64,000 nucleotides of DNA, from NCBI GenBank assembly GCA_037305845.1, contig CP147778.1, positions 192,001-256,000 on the forward strand, in the 5' to 3' direction. This stretch comes from Candidatus Freyarchaeum deiterrae. GTDB lineage: Archaea; Asgardarchaeota; Jordiarchaeia; Jordiarchaeales; Jordiarchaeaceae. The position numbers and the translations under genes were made by a program. The notes beneath the pieces were generated by a model. That model had not been told where the DNA came from. It saw only the letters and a list, made by a program, of their open reading frames with translations, and made no database searches. Of this stretch, positions 1 through 10,727 are shown piece by piece; the stretch's first letter is position 1; every line of letters starts with the position of its first letter.

Positions 1-212
1 AGTAGAGTACACTCATTCAATAATCAAGTTTCAGTATTTTCTTACAAAATCGGTTCCTCAGTAACGAGGATTAAAAGGTGTAAAAGTAGTTATGGGAGAA
101 AAAATTGAATTTTTAAAAAAATCTTTCCATTTAATATTTTTACGAAATAGTTTTGTACATTAATGATTATAGGGGTAATTCATAATTGAACTCGCGATGA
201 ATGTTTAGTTGT

Positions 213-1433
213 TTACAGAGCTCCTGTGGTTAGTTCTACGATTCTCTGAATCTCCTTCTCTAAGGATTCGGGTAGGCCGAAAACCTTTACGTCCATGAAT
301 CCTCTAACTATAAGGGAGACTGCTTCCTGCTCTGTGAAGCCTCTGGCTAAGAGATATTGTACCTGTTCTTCTGCTATTTTTCCGACGGCGGCTTCGTGTG
401 AGAGTTCGGTTCCGCTTACGGTGCCTATGAGTTCGGGTATTGCATGGATTTGGGCTTCGTCTGAGAGTAGGAGACCGTTGCATTCGAGGTGTGCTCGGCT
501 ATTTTTGGCGTTGCCTATGAGTATACCTCTAGCGTAAACTTTGACTCTGTCGTTGGCGATGACTCTTGATCTTACATCTGCTCGGGTGTTTTCACCGTCA
601 AGAATTGCTCTCGCCCCGAGGTCAACTTGGGATTCACCGCTTGCGTAGACGGAAGAGTTGAAAATCGCCGTTGACCTGTCCCCTTTTAAATGGGCTGTGG
701 GGTAGGTTTGAATGCTTCTGACCGGCTTAAGGAGCACGTAGTTGTTTATGAAGGTGGAGTCTTCTTCCAGAAGGACTGATGTGCGGGGACGTACATCAAC
801 TTCTTGCTTCCAGCCGTGAATCATCGTGAATGTTAACTTGGATCCCTTTCTTAGGTAGAACTCGGAGACCCCCACGTGGAGACCTTTTCGCAAATTGGGG
901 TGCACAACACACCCTGTTATGACTTGCGCCTCTGAGTGCGGTTCCATTATGATAACGTTGTGAACATTCTGGTCAATATTTTCGTTTGACAGGAACAAGC
1001 AGGATTGGAGTGGAAGGGTAATTTTCTCTCCCTCAAGGACGTGAATGAAGTATCCTTGATCCCATTCTAACTCTGTTAGGGCTGTGTACTTGTCTGTATC
1101 TACCGCAACAAGGTTCCACAAATACTCGTTAAACCAGTCGTACTTATCTAAGGCTTCCTTGGTGCTCATTATTTCAGCTTTACCTTTAAACGTTGTATCC
1201 ATGGAGCAGGAAACAACGGAATGGTCTATTTGGAAAAATGTTCCAGACCTTTCTCTAGTTTTGGGGGTGACACCGCAACTCAGTGCACTCGATTGTATCT
1301 CTTCGGGGAGATCGGATACCTCGGTCTTTTCCCAACCATTCACGTCTCGTGAGTATTCCTCTAGGTTGAGGTCTAACCCGTACGCTGCGGGTTTGTTTTT
1401 CGCGTTTAATGCTCTTTCCCTAAAGCTCGACAT
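213..1433 (-). CDS. sufB: Fe-S cluster assembly scaffold SufB/SufD family (SmsB-like)
   Basis: 406 aa; beta-helix region and C-terminal AHLECNGLLL...ELSHEAAVGKIAEEQVQYLLARG motif; overlaps the upstream ABC ATPase gene. Confidence 0.92.
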   Translation of the reverse strand: MSSFRERALNAKNKPAAYGLDLNLEEYSRDVNGWEKTEVSDLPEEIQSSALSCGVTPKTRERSGTFFQIDHSVVSCSMDTTFKGKAEIMSTKEALDKYDWFNEYLWNLVAVDTDKYTALTELEWDQGYFIHVLEGEKITLPLQSCLFLSNENIDQNVHNVIIMEPHSEAQVITGCVVHPNLRKGLHVGVSEFYLRKGSKLTFTMIHGWKQEVDVRPRTSVLLEEDSTFINNYVLLKPVRSIQTYPTAHLKGDRSTAIFNSSVYASGESQVDLGARAILDGENTRADVRSRVIANDRVKVYARGILIGNAKNSRAHLECNGLLLSDEAQIHAIPELIGTVSGTELSHEAAVGKIAEEQVQYLLARGFTEQEAVSLIVRGFMDVKVFGLPESLEKEIQRIVELTTGAL

Positions 1434-2143
1434 TGATTACACCACCAGTAACCCTCTTTGAGAATGTGGTCAAGTGTTTCTACAGTATCCCCCGAACAAG
1501 CCACGCATCCTTCAATTATAACGTGGGCCCGGTTTGTTCTGACGAAGCGTAGAATGTATCCTTGGTGTGTTATGAGCATCCCAGACTTTCCCTCTAGGAG
1601 TTCGTTTATAGTTTTCCCAATTAGTTCCAAGTTTTCTACGTCAACGCCTGAGTCGGGCTCGTCCAGCATAACGAATTCTGGTCGCTGCGCGAGTATCTGG
1701 AGAACCTCGGAGCGCTTGATTTCGCCACCAGAGAAGCCGTAGTTCAGATCCCTCTCTAGAAAGGCTGTTGAAAAATTCATTTTCTTAGATAATGCCTTCT
1801 CTTTTCCAGCTACTTCCGGGCTTTTTTCACCTATCTTGTTTACAAGGTCCCCCAGCTTCACGCCTCTTATTACTGGAGGGTGCTGGAAAGTAACGCCCAT
1901 TCCTCTCTTGATTCGTTCGTCTGTGGGAAGATTTGTTACGTCCTCTCCTTTAAAGCGGATGCTTCCCGACACAACCTTGTATTTCGGGAAGCCGAGAAGA
2001 GTGAAGATGAGAGAGGTTTTGCCGCTTCCGTTGGGCCCGAAGATAACGTGAACTTCCTTTTCCGGAATTTCCAAGTTAAAATTTTGTAGAACCTTTTTCC
2101 CGTCCACAACGACGTTAAGATTCTCAACTTCTAATATGTTCAA
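1406..2143 (-). CDS. sufC: Fe-S cluster assembly ABC ATPase SufC (SmsC-like)
   Basis: Walker A GPNGSGKT, FSGGEIKR signature, Walker B LDEPDSGVD; C-terminal CNQC. Confidence 0.93.
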   Translation of the reverse strand: MNILEVENLNVVVDGKKVLQNFNLEIPEKEVHVIFGPNGSGKTSLIFTLLGFPKYKVVSGSIRFKGEDVTNLPTDERIKRGMGVTFQHPPVIRGVKLGDLVNKIGEKSPEVAGKEKALSKKMNFSTAFLERDLNYGFSGGEIKRSEVLQILAQRPEFVMLDEPDSGVDVENLELIGKTINELLEGKSGMLITHQGYILRFVRTNRAHVIIEGCVACSGDTVETLDHILKEGYWWCNQCRALGKEH

Positions 2144-2264
2144 CTTCCCTCAACTCCAAAGCGAGAAACTAATACTTGAGGCATCATTAAACTTGACTTA
2201 AGGTAAGATTTTTGATTTATATGAATTTCTGTTCTGAACAGTGCAAGACAATTGAAATCACTTT

Positions 2265-3356
2265 TCAAAAATAGGTTCCATTCAATATTTTTATGAAATA
2301 GTTTAACCCGTTACCTAATTTTAGTAGCTCATTGGTTTTGTAGTCTGATTCTTCCAACACGTTTACTATGTCTTTTTCTAGGTTTTCTGCGATTTTTCCA
2401 TAACCGTAGTCATGAACCATGAGTGCGTTTTTCCTCTTTTCCATATGTCCCTTCGCTTGAAATATTATCAAGGGCACACCATAAACTATGGCTTCGGAAA
2501 TAGTTCCGAATCCCGCTCTGGAAACAATTAGATCCGAAGCGTTTAGGTAGTTATGAATGTCCGGAATGTAACCCATGAATCTCAAGTTTTCAGGAGCTTC
2601 ATCTGCAAGTTCCTTGGAACTCAGTCCTTGGAGACTCACCAGAAAGTGAATGTCAGGGTGCTCATGTGCAATCCTTCTGTAAGTATGAAAATCATTATCG
2701 TTTCCTTCATCGCCATTATGGTAAGGTCTGCCTGTAACCATTACCAAACTGTCTCTCTTGCATAATCCTAGTTCTTTCTTAATCTCTGATTTGGGTCTCG
2801 TTGCATCCCTAGCTATAGGAGGAAAAATCTTTTCGCAGTCCACAAGCTCTGGTCTCAAGTCCATTACAAAACGCTCCGAAAGATGCAGAAATGAGCGCAC
2901 CCGTTCTCCAAACATTATGGGGCGTTCTATTACTGTCGAATAAAAATTCATTCTCAAATTACTCCAACCATATCCATAGGGTATATAGTGTGAGATGTTT
3001 ATTGTTCTCATTCGGGGTATGCTTGTGAGGTGGGGATTGTAATCATTAACAAAAACATTGTATTCTCCACCTATTCGTAGCGACCTAAAAAAATCAAGAG
3101 GGAAATATACGCTTCCTAATATTAATCTAAAAACGGTGGCTGAAGTGTTGAGGTCACCATTCTTTCGGTACACGTATTTTATTCCGTGAAGACTGCTATT
3201 GCAACGCAAATTCATAAGGGAGAGATACTTCACCCTCGTCTTATCGCTGAAAACAAGACACTCAATGTCTTTCATCCCAATTAGTCTTGATACGATTGCC
3301 TCAGTTCTTTGAGCATGACCGAATCCTTCAGTAGTAGGACACAAAACAACCCTCAA
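2265..3356 (-). CDS. Glycosyltransferase, GT-B fold (GT28 C-terminal-like)
   Basis: N-terminal EGFGHAQR; C-terminal DLIVSRAGFGTISEAIVYGVPLI...GHME motif. Confidence 0.8.
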   Translation of the reverse strand: MRVVLCPTTEGFGHAQRTEAIVSRLIGMKDIECLVFSDKTRVKYLSLMNLRCNSSLHGIKYVYRKNGDLNTSATVFRLILGSVYFPLDFFRSLRIGGEYNVFVNDYNPHLTSIPRMRTINISHYIPYGYGWSNLRMNFYSTVIERPIMFGERVRSFLHLSERFVMDLRPELVDCEKIFPPIARDATRPKSEIKKELGLCKRDSLVMVTGRPYHNGDEGNDNDFHTYRRIAHEHPDIHFLVSLQGLSSKELADEAPENLRFMGYIPDIHNYLNASDLIVSRAGFGTISEAIVYGVPLIIFQAKGHMEKRKNALMVHDYGYGKIAENLEKDIVNVLEESDYKTNELLKLGNGLNYFIKILNGTYF

Positions 3357-3686
3357 ATTGGAGTCAACTCTCTTCTCATAGAATATCTTTGTTCAAGCAG
3401 GAGACCTCAAGTTAAGGAGTAACTTATAAATTATCGCTTCCTCTTACAAATAAGATTTTTCTGACCGACGTTTTTATGCGGTTTCAGCTACTTTCCGGCT
3501 ACTATTTTAAGAAACTTGCATTTTTCAGTTATTTGAATAATGAAAAGAACCTCAGCACCAAGAGTGCTATTCGGGAAGGATAATAGCTTTTCAATATTTC
3601 TTTGTTGTACTTTCTGTTTTGCTCGATTAGTAAGCTTCATAAATGCCATTTATACTATAAGTGAGTAATAATTGGGGAAATGCCTT

Positions 3687-5762
3687 ATGAGATCGAGAAA
3701 GACACAAATTGCGATTATACTATGCCTCCTACTGCTTCCACTAATAGGGTTAACAGCAAGCGCAGTGCTTTCCTCTGGTTCTACTAACTATTTTTCAATC
3801 TTTGTTTCATCTGGTGGAAATACTGGCGGGTCTGGTCTTTTAGCGAAGGATGTTACCGAATTTTCTAGACTTTCAGATACTCACTATGGTTTGCAATGGT
3901 CACCCCCACCGGGCTGGGCGGTATCGAATGTGAACATAACGCTATCAAACATAACTGCGCCAACCTACGAGAGGGTGATTGAGGACTATGCTGACCAAGC
4001 CGTCCCTCTAATACAATACAATTACACAAACCCCTTTCAATCGCTTATTTTAGCGGGTATCATGTCCTTTAATTTGACACCTGGGGAACCGGTTTACTTT
4101 AACAAGTTAAGCCTGTTACTTGTCAAGGCTCCCTTTAACGAGAGTGCTTATGTTGACATCGCCATTTATAATGCCACATATAACAGTAGCCTAAACTGGG
4201 TTGTACCCGACCAACCGCTATGGACAGTATCTAATCAATCCCTCATAGGTGATACTCTGGAGTTCAAAAATTTCAGCTTAACCGCCTCCCCTGACCAGTA
4301 CCTTGTTCTGGATCCTCACCTTAACCAAACATACGATAATGCGAATAATGATACTTACTTTATCGTGGCTTGGCAGGACCTATCTACCATTCCAAAAGCG
4401 TCTATCTACTGGTTCTACGCTAATGACACCTCCCATGGGGACAATGGTTACGCCTACTGGGCTTCTTTCAATATTTTTGGTCAACTCGTTGGTATCACCA
4501 ATAGAGATCCCTATTACAATGATACCTTCGACCTTTGTTCAAAGCTGTACTTTAATCCTAATAACGTTACTGCAGGGCCGCCTTTGCCGAGTGATGTGGG
4601 TCTGGAAATAAACGGTACGAGTGTTAACAATATTGGGCCAGGGAGTGGGTGGTGGAGCACTTCTGGAAACCTTTCTGGGAATTCTCTGTTTTTCAATGTT
4701 TCTACAGACTGGAACTCACCAGTGAGCTATAATGCAACCTTCAGCGTCACTTACCAAGATGTCGCTCTCGCAGCTTTAACTCAAACTTTCGTTGCAATGA
4801 GTTTCCTTTATGCTAATTCGGATAATCAAAGTAGGTCAAACGATTACTTGCTTCTGTTTGCTCTAGGTTCTGTTGCGGTTGCTGGAGCTGGTGGTTACAC
4901 CGGCAATAAGAGGAGAACGATTCCGAGAAACGCATTAAGAAGCCTTGAGCACATTATAGTGGACCATAATTCTACTGGTGTTCTTATCTGGACCTTTGAC
5001 TTTGTTTCAATGGAGCAGGATGTAGCTCTAGTCTCAGGATTCATGTCCGCAATCAAATCCTTCCTCGAGGAGATGAAGGTAGGCGGACTCAAAAGACTCA
5101 GCACAGAATTCGGAACATTCATACGAGAAGAGAGCCAGCTGCTAACCGCAACCTGTATAACAAGCGACATAGGACTCAACGAGGAACTCTGGATTAGAGG
5201 CAAGCTTCACAGCTTCCTAACTCAAGTTGAACAGATGCATCGGCAGCAGCTAGAGGGTTGGAAGGGCGACGTAGGCCAGTTCCGTGAATCATTCCCATCG
5301 GTTCTGGGTTCAGTAATAGACTTGGATAGAGTGAATGAGCTTCACAAGCAGAAGGTTGTCAGCCTAAGCCGGAAAAAGAAGGAACTGCAGGGCGAATTGA
5401 ACAAGTACGGAGCGCAGCTTGAAGAAATGAAAGCGAACCATGACTCCGGCAAGCTAAGCGACGAGGAATACACCATAAAGAGACTCAAAACAGAGTTCAA
5501 GTACGACCAGGTTCAGAAGGACTACATATATGCAAGCCTCTTTCTCTCAAAAGCTCCCACTGAAACAGCGGTCACGCCAAAAGCGGCACAAGAGCTTGAA
5601 GAAATCCAGAAACGCTTCATGGAAATAAGGCTAGAGATCGACGAGCTGCGGAAAAAAGAAGTTGATGGAACAATCACTCAGGAAGACAGGGTGAACAATG
5701 AAAAACTCCAAAAAGAACTCATGAGACTCGTAGACAGACTGGACAAAATTCAAAAACGGTAA
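3687..5762 (+). CDS. Membrane-anchored protein with extracellular glycosylated domain, cytoplasmic longin-like domain and coiled-coil tail
   Basis: Signal-peptide-like N-terminus (ATG 3687 preferred over TTG 3672); many N-x-S/T sequons; hydrophobic segment LLLFALGSVAVAGAGGY; IIVDHNSTGVLIW...LVSGFMSAIKSFLEEM; charged helical C-terminus. Confidence 0.75.
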   Translation: MRSRKTQIAIILCLLLLPLIGLTASAVLSSGSTNYFSIFVSSGGNTGGSGLLAKDVTEFSRLSDTHYGLQWSPPPGWAVSNVNITLSNITAPTYERVIEDYADQAVPLIQYNYTNPFQSLILAGIMSFNLTPGEPVYFNKLSLLLVKAPFNESAYVDIAIYNATYNSSLNWVVPDQPLWTVSNQSLIGDTLEFKNFSLTASPDQYLVLDPHLNQTYDNANNDTYFIVAWQDLSTIPKASIYWFYANDTSHGDNGYAYWASFNIFGQLVGITNRDPYYNDTFDLCSKLYFNPNNVTAGPPLPSDVGLEINGTSVNNIGPGSGWWSTSGNLSGNSLFFNVSTDWNSPVSYNATFSVTYQDVALAALTQTFVAMSFLYANSDNQSRSNDYLLLFALGSVAVAGAGGYTGNKRRTIPRNALRSLEHIIVDHNSTGVLIWTFDFVSMEQDVALVSGFMSAIKSFLEEMKVGGLKRLSTEFGTFIREESQLLTATCITSDIGLNEELWIRGKLHSFLTQVEQMHRQQLEGWKGDVGQFRESFPSVLGSVIDLDRVNELHKQKVVSLSRKKKELQGELNKYGAQLEEMKANHDSGKLSDEEYTIKRLKTEFKYDQVQKDYIYASLFLSKAPTETAVTPKAAQELEEIQKRFMEIRLEIDELRKKEVDGTITQEDRVNNEKLQKELMRLVDRLDKIQKR

Positions 5763-5906
5763 CAATTTAACAAGGCTTTAGACGTTCGAGAAATAATTAC
5801 AATCAGTTTCATTCACAGGTAAACCATGTGCATCTGAACTGCGTAAAATTTGGGAATCCTAGTATCTAATCTTCTTTTTTTTATTTTGCTCACAAATACC
5901 AAAATA

Positions 5907-6362
5907 TTATTTTACTTCGCGTCCGCAGTATTTGCAGAATAAGGAATCCCAGTCAATTTCTCTACCACAGGATTTGCAGCAAATACTTTTTATCGCTTCT
6001 GCTGGAATAAAACCACTTGAGAATAAGGAATCAAACATTCTGGAAAGGTTTTTCCACGATTCTTCTAGTTTGTTTACCTCACTTTCTGCAGTCTTTTTGT
6101 CTAATGAAAGCGTTTTAACATCAGACTTGATGATTTCATGACTTATGCTGATGGAAATATGTTTTTGATTCTTGTTGAACTTGACCGTGCCGATGGAGTC
6201 AATGTAACCTGATTTCAGTCTGGTTACGATTTTCCCCTCATCCTCTTCCTTCTCAACTATCATAAATCCCAGATTGCAGAGCCCCTCCTCGATAAGGTCA
6301 GAAACCTCTGCCTCGGATAAGTCAATATCATTAAATTCTCCAGCCCAGTACGATTCCGACAA
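5907..6362 (-). CDS. Hypothetical protein with C-terminal zinc ribbon
   Basis: CKSCG...FCKYCG at the C-terminus. Confidence 0.75.
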   Translation of the reverse strand: MSESYWAGEFNDIDLSEAEVSDLIEEGLCNLGFMIVEKEEDEGKIVTRLKSGYIDSIGTVKFNKNQKHISISISHEIIKSDVKTLSLDKKTAESEVNKLEESWKNLSRMFDSLFSSGFIPAEAIKSICCKSCGREIDWDSLFCKYCGREVK

Positions 6363-6550
6363 TTTTCACTTCACACTCGTCAAAAAATCTTTGAACTATT
6401 CTATTATTCTCCACTATTTCAGATTCTTTAATTTTTCCAATTAACCAACCGGATATAGCCACAATTTCTCGAAAGGTGAAACAATTAGCTTATCCAAGTC
6501 GAAATCGGCGGGTAATGGCAATAATACTTGACTATTAGGTGCGATTGGAT

Positions 6551-7369
6551 TCAAGAAAGCAATAATTTGTTAATTGAACTTATTTCGTCTGGGAAGTTTT
6601 TGGTTAACCTGCTCTTTTTCAAATTCTCCTTAATTATCCAAAGAATATCCGCATCCTGTGAATCTATAAGTTGGTGGACATATTCGAAACCATCCTTTGG
6701 AATTGCTTGAATTACAACACTGACGGAATAGCCTAATGCTTGTCTCAATTTCTTGAACTCCTCGGATTTACGGTCTTTAGTAGCTAGTATCTGGGCAAAG
6801 ATCTTTTTATGCAACTCTAAAGCCCACCGTGCATTCTGCTCATTTCTCAGCAAGGCGGGTTCAGCCACTCCTGCTGCTACTGCCCTCATCGTAAGCCAAT
6901 TATTTTCTGCAATCCAGCCTTCTAATTCTTTCAGAGTTTTTTGGCTTTGCCTCTCTATTAGTTTCTGAAGACCCATTGCTACACCCTCTCTTACTCTCCA
7001 TCTCGCATCATTTGATAATTCTCGTAAAAGTGTTAATGCTTTTTCAAAGAAAACCGAGGAGACTGAGCCAATAGCCCCTATAGCGAAAGCCCCACAGAAA
7101 ACTAGAAATTCTTTTGGATTATTTACTGGTGCTTCATCCGCAGGAAACTGGATTAATTTCAAACATAATTTCCACAGCCTTTCAGAACTTTTGACGAGAT
7201 ACGCCTCAACCACGTCCGCAAACGCCGCGGCTAATTCCAAATTTCCTCTCGGTCCAGGAAGATTACTATTCGAAATCAAATACTCAAAAAGCTTGCCCTC
7301 ATCTTCTGTGTCCAGAAATTCATCTAATAAATTATCCAAATCGTGTTTGTACCTTCCTTTCTTACTCAT
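6551..7369 (-). CDS. HEAT/ARM-repeat helical protein (DNA alkylation repair-like fold)
   Basis: SNLPGPRGNLELA and DARWRVREGVAMGLQ motifs; all-helical. Confidence 0.65.
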   Translation of the reverse strand: MSKKGRYKHDLDNLLDEFLDTEDEGKLFEYLISNSNLPGPRGNLELAAAFADVVEAYLVKSSERLWKLCLKLIQFPADEAPVNNPKEFLVFCGAFAIGAIGSVSSVFFEKALTLLRELSNDARWRVREGVAMGLQKLIERQSQKTLKELEGWIAENNWLTMRAVAAGVAEPALLRNEQNARWALELHKKIFAQILATKDRKSEEFKKLRQALGYSVSVVIQAIPKDGFEYVHQLIDSQDADILWIIKENLKKSRLTKNFPDEISSINKLLLS

Positions 7370-7468
7370 TTAAACATTCACCTTTTTTAAAATGAGTACA
7401 ATCAGTTTAATCATCCAAAAAAGAAAAAGAAGAGAGTAAATTTGGTTTTCAAAAACTTTTGGTTGGCT

Positions 7469-8263
7469 TTATTTTCCCTTGAATGTGGGCTTCCTCTTTT
7501 CAAGGAAAGCCATTACTCCTTCCCGGGCATCCTCACTAACTGTGGCGATGGTTGCCAGTGCTCCTTCGAATATTAGACCCGCATCCAGTGGACCCTGGGA
7601 TCCGAAGTTCAGCGCGTATTTTGCTGCTCTCTGGGCGATTGGTGGCCCATTGGCTAGTTTAAGAGCGTACTCTTTTACCTCTGCCTCAAAGTTTTCGGAT
7701 GATAACACTTTGTTTACCAATCCGATTCTATAGGCTTCTTGCGCGTCTATGGGTTGACCTGAGAGTATAAGCTCTTTAGCTTTGGCGAGTCCGATGAGTC
7801 TGGGCATTCTGATGCAGCCTCCCCATCCCGGTATTATTCCACGATCTACTTCGGGTTGTCCGAGTCTGGAGCCTTCAGCGGCTACTCTGAAGTCACAGGA
7901 CATAGCTAGTTCGCAGCCTCCGCCGAGAGCAAAGCCTCTGATTGCTGCTACTACAAGCTTGGGGAACTTTTCAATTTTTGTGGTTACTTTAGCCAAACAC
8001 AGTGCGGTTTCCATTTGAGCCACAGCCATAGGAACTCCCAGTGTAATTGGTGGAGGTTCTTTAAGGTCAGCTCCTGCGGAGAAGGCCCATGTACCGGAGC
8101 CCATTATGACTACCACGTGAACTTCCTGATCGAACCAGAGTTCGTCGAGAGCCTTTTCAATCGCGTTGATTATAGGAACGTTTAGAGCGTTGGCTTTGGG
8201 TCTGTTCAGAATGAGCCATGCCAAGGGAGGTTCTTTATTCACTTTAAGAATATCTTCTGACAA
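7469..8263 (-). CDS. Enoyl-CoA hydratase/isomerase
   Basis: AFSAGADL, GGGCELAMSCD, GQPEVDRGIIPGWGG, FLEKRKP. Confidence 0.93.
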   Translation of the reverse strand: MSEDILKVNKEPPLAWLILNRPKANALNVPIINAIEKALDELWFDQEVHVVVIMGSGTWAFSAGADLKEPPPITLGVPMAVAQMETALCLAKVTTKIEKFPKLVVAAIRGFALGGGCELAMSCDFRVAAEGSRLGQPEVDRGIIPGWGGCIRMPRLIGLAKAKELILSGQPIDAQEAYRIGLVNKVLSSENFEAEVKEYALKLANGPPIAQRAAKYALNFGSQGPLDAGLIFEGALATIATVSEDAREGVMAFLEKRKPTFKGK

Positions 8264-8585
8264 TTCTCTTAACCCCTTTTTTTTGGAAATACAAACAATT
8301 TGATACTAACTGTTAATGAATGCTTTTCCACCTTTTATAAAAATCTTCCGCAAAAATCTGTGGCGAGAAAAATTATCAAATGATAAAAAAAATCCATAGT
8401 TTAGAGTCATAAAAAATCAAATCATGGAAGCAGAAAGAAACAAGCAAGAATCATTTTATATCAATATTTAACATTAAATTTCTTTTGCAATGGGATGGAG
8501 CCCAAATAATCTGGAAGTATAATTTAAAAAAAGAAAAAACCATTAAAAAAAATCGCGGCTTTTCAGTTTATTTCTTACATCTAAT

Positions 8586-9050
8586 TTATTCTTGCTCTGT
8601 TCCCAGTTTAAGTTGGCATATGGTATCCTTGTTTTCCACGTTGATGCCTATAACTTGACTTAAACCCATACCCTCGATGGCACCCATCATTATAATTGAT
8701 GAAGCGCAAAGAGGGCAGGCATTGTATCCTATGGATTTTCCGTATTTGGCCATTTCTAGCCAGGGGCATTCCTTTATTTTCATGCTAAATTTGTTTTCTG
8801 AGTAGCTCAATTCAAACTCTTTACCTAATACCCCGGTACTTTTGCCTAATGTTTCCAAGTCCCTTACGAGTTCCGGCATGTTTTTGGGTGGTTCCTTGCC
8901 TATAAACTGTTGCGCTAGACTTCCTATCATGGGGCCTAATACTTTGGATGATTGGCGTCCCAGTAGCATTGGTTTTATTCCCATCTTATCTGCAGATCCT
9001 AGTATTGTGCCGAAAACCAGTCCAGTAAAAAAGTCTATGATATTTGACAT
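8586..9050 (-). CDS. V4R/MetOD-like small ligand-binding protein
   Basis: KECPW...ACPLC...TICQL cysteine pattern typical of V4R-type domains. Confidence 0.6.
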   Translation of the reverse strand: MSNIIDFFTGLVFGTILGSADKMGIKPMLLGRQSSKVLGPMIGSLAQQFIGKEPPKNMPELVRDLETLGKSTGVLGKEFELSYSENKFSMKIKECPWLEMAKYGKSIGYNACPLCASSIIMMGAIEGMGLSQVIGINVENKDTICQLKLGTEQE

Positions 9051-9452
9051 ACATTTTTCAACTCCGAAAATTTTTTGGGGAGACTTAAACAGTAAAGGGT
9101 CACTGATACCGATTAGAGACGATTTACTGAGTTTAATCTCGGTTTTGCTTTCCCTTTTTTAAACTCTTGAATTTAGTTGGTCTATAAATATTAATTGTTG
9201 TATAACTATGTTATAAACTGCAATTTAAAATTTGCCTAAATTCTAGCCGCCAATTTTACCGAGAATATTGCCGCGGATAACGCAAAAACAAATTAAAAAT
9301 GAGAAAACGGAGAATAGTTAACAACCAGAAATAAAAGAACCCATTAAAAAACTCGAATCAAAGACCGGACCATCACAAAACAATCTAGTTTTCAGGAAAC
9401 CTAAAACTGAAAAAAAGATAGATTTGTTAATTATTTGTTTCGCAAATTGGAT

Positions 9453-9916
9453 TTATTTTCGTTCCATCTCCAATCCGAGTTTGCATATGGTTTCATTGTT
9501 ATCCACACTTATGCTCATGACTTTATTGAGCCCCATACCTTCTATAACACCCATAAGTATAATCGTTACGCCGCACAGAGGGCAGGCATTGTATCCTAGG
9601 GATTTTCCGAACTTGCACATTTCCAGCCAGAGGCACTGGTTTATTTTCATGCTTAAAATATTTCCCGAATAATTCAATTCGAACTCTTTGCCTAGTACTC
9701 CGGACTTTTACCTACTGTCTCTAGATTCTTAAGTAGGCCTTCTATGTTTTTAGGTGGGTCTCTATCTATAAATTGGTGCCTGAGATTTCCCATTAAGGTG
9801 CCTAATACTTTGGATGCCTGACGACCTAATAGCATTGGATTTATTCCCATCTTATCAGCGGAACTAAGTAGTGTGCCGAAAACCAGACCCGTTATAAAGT
9901 CTTTTAATTCTGACAT
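9453..9916 (-). pseudogene. Frameshifted paralog of 8586-9050
   Basis: Two ORF halves (9692-9937 and 9453-9677) align end to end with the neighbour; one base is missing near 9703 (AGT-CCGGA versus AGTACCGGG). Confidence 0.85.
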
Positions 9917-10216
9917 TATTATTGCCACCCTTTCCAAAATTTTTTAAACGGTTCAAGAACTAAAAGGGTTCTAGATAGTGGATTTGAAATTTTTTTGCGT
10001 GTTTCAACAAATTATTTTTTCGCTTTCGAAAACTCACTCGTTATTAATCAAGTATAATTTAAGAAATTTATATATTTTTCTTGCATACCCGTATTTTGCA
10101 AGTGGAAAAAAAATGCCCTAAGGAAAATTTTCTAAACGCATGTGAAGTAACTAAATTATATAGTGAACCCTGATAATTCATACACAGTTTTGGAATTGTT
10201 CTCAACGACTTTCTTA

Positions 10217-10618
10217 TTAAGACCTTATCATTGTCAAAATCATTTTGAATTTACTTACCGCTTTTAGAGCGTGCGGCTGATTGGCGGGCATTATAACCAT
10301 TTCACCCTCTTTCACGTTGAGGGATTTACCTGAGATTACGATTTCTGCCTCTCCATCGAGAATATGGACTAAAGCATCAAAGGGCGCTGTATGTTCACTC
10401 AGTCCCTGGCCCTCATCGAAAGCAAATAGAGTTACGGTTCCTGCCTTTTTGTCAACTAGTGTTCTGCTCACCACAGCCCCCTCCTGATAATCAATCAAAT
10501 CGATTAACCTTAACGCACGCCCTACGAGTTTTTCGCCACCGGTTGTTTGTTTTTCAACACGCTTCAATCTCTCACCTCCATTTTTTTTAAGAAAGCCAAC
10601 CAAACTATATATACCCAA
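10217..10618 (-). CDS. Cupin-domain protein
   Basis: FAFDEGQGLSEHTAPFDA...GEMVIMPANQPHALKA; true start probably downstream of 10618. Confidence 0.9.
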   Translation of the reverse strand: MGIYSLVGFLKKNGGERLKRVEKQTTGGEKLVGRALRLIDLIDYQEGAVVSRTLVDKKAGTVTLFAFDEGQGLSEHTAPFDALVHILDGEAEIVISGKSLNVKEGEMVIMPANQPHALKAVSKFKMILTMIRS

Positions 10619-10727
10619 TTAGATTTTGCTCAGGTTAGAATGATACCTTAGCATTTATTATTTGCCTCTAATTTTAAAAAAAAGGGTTGAATGTAGTATA
10701 AACCTTTACCTTTGTTTATGAAATTTT

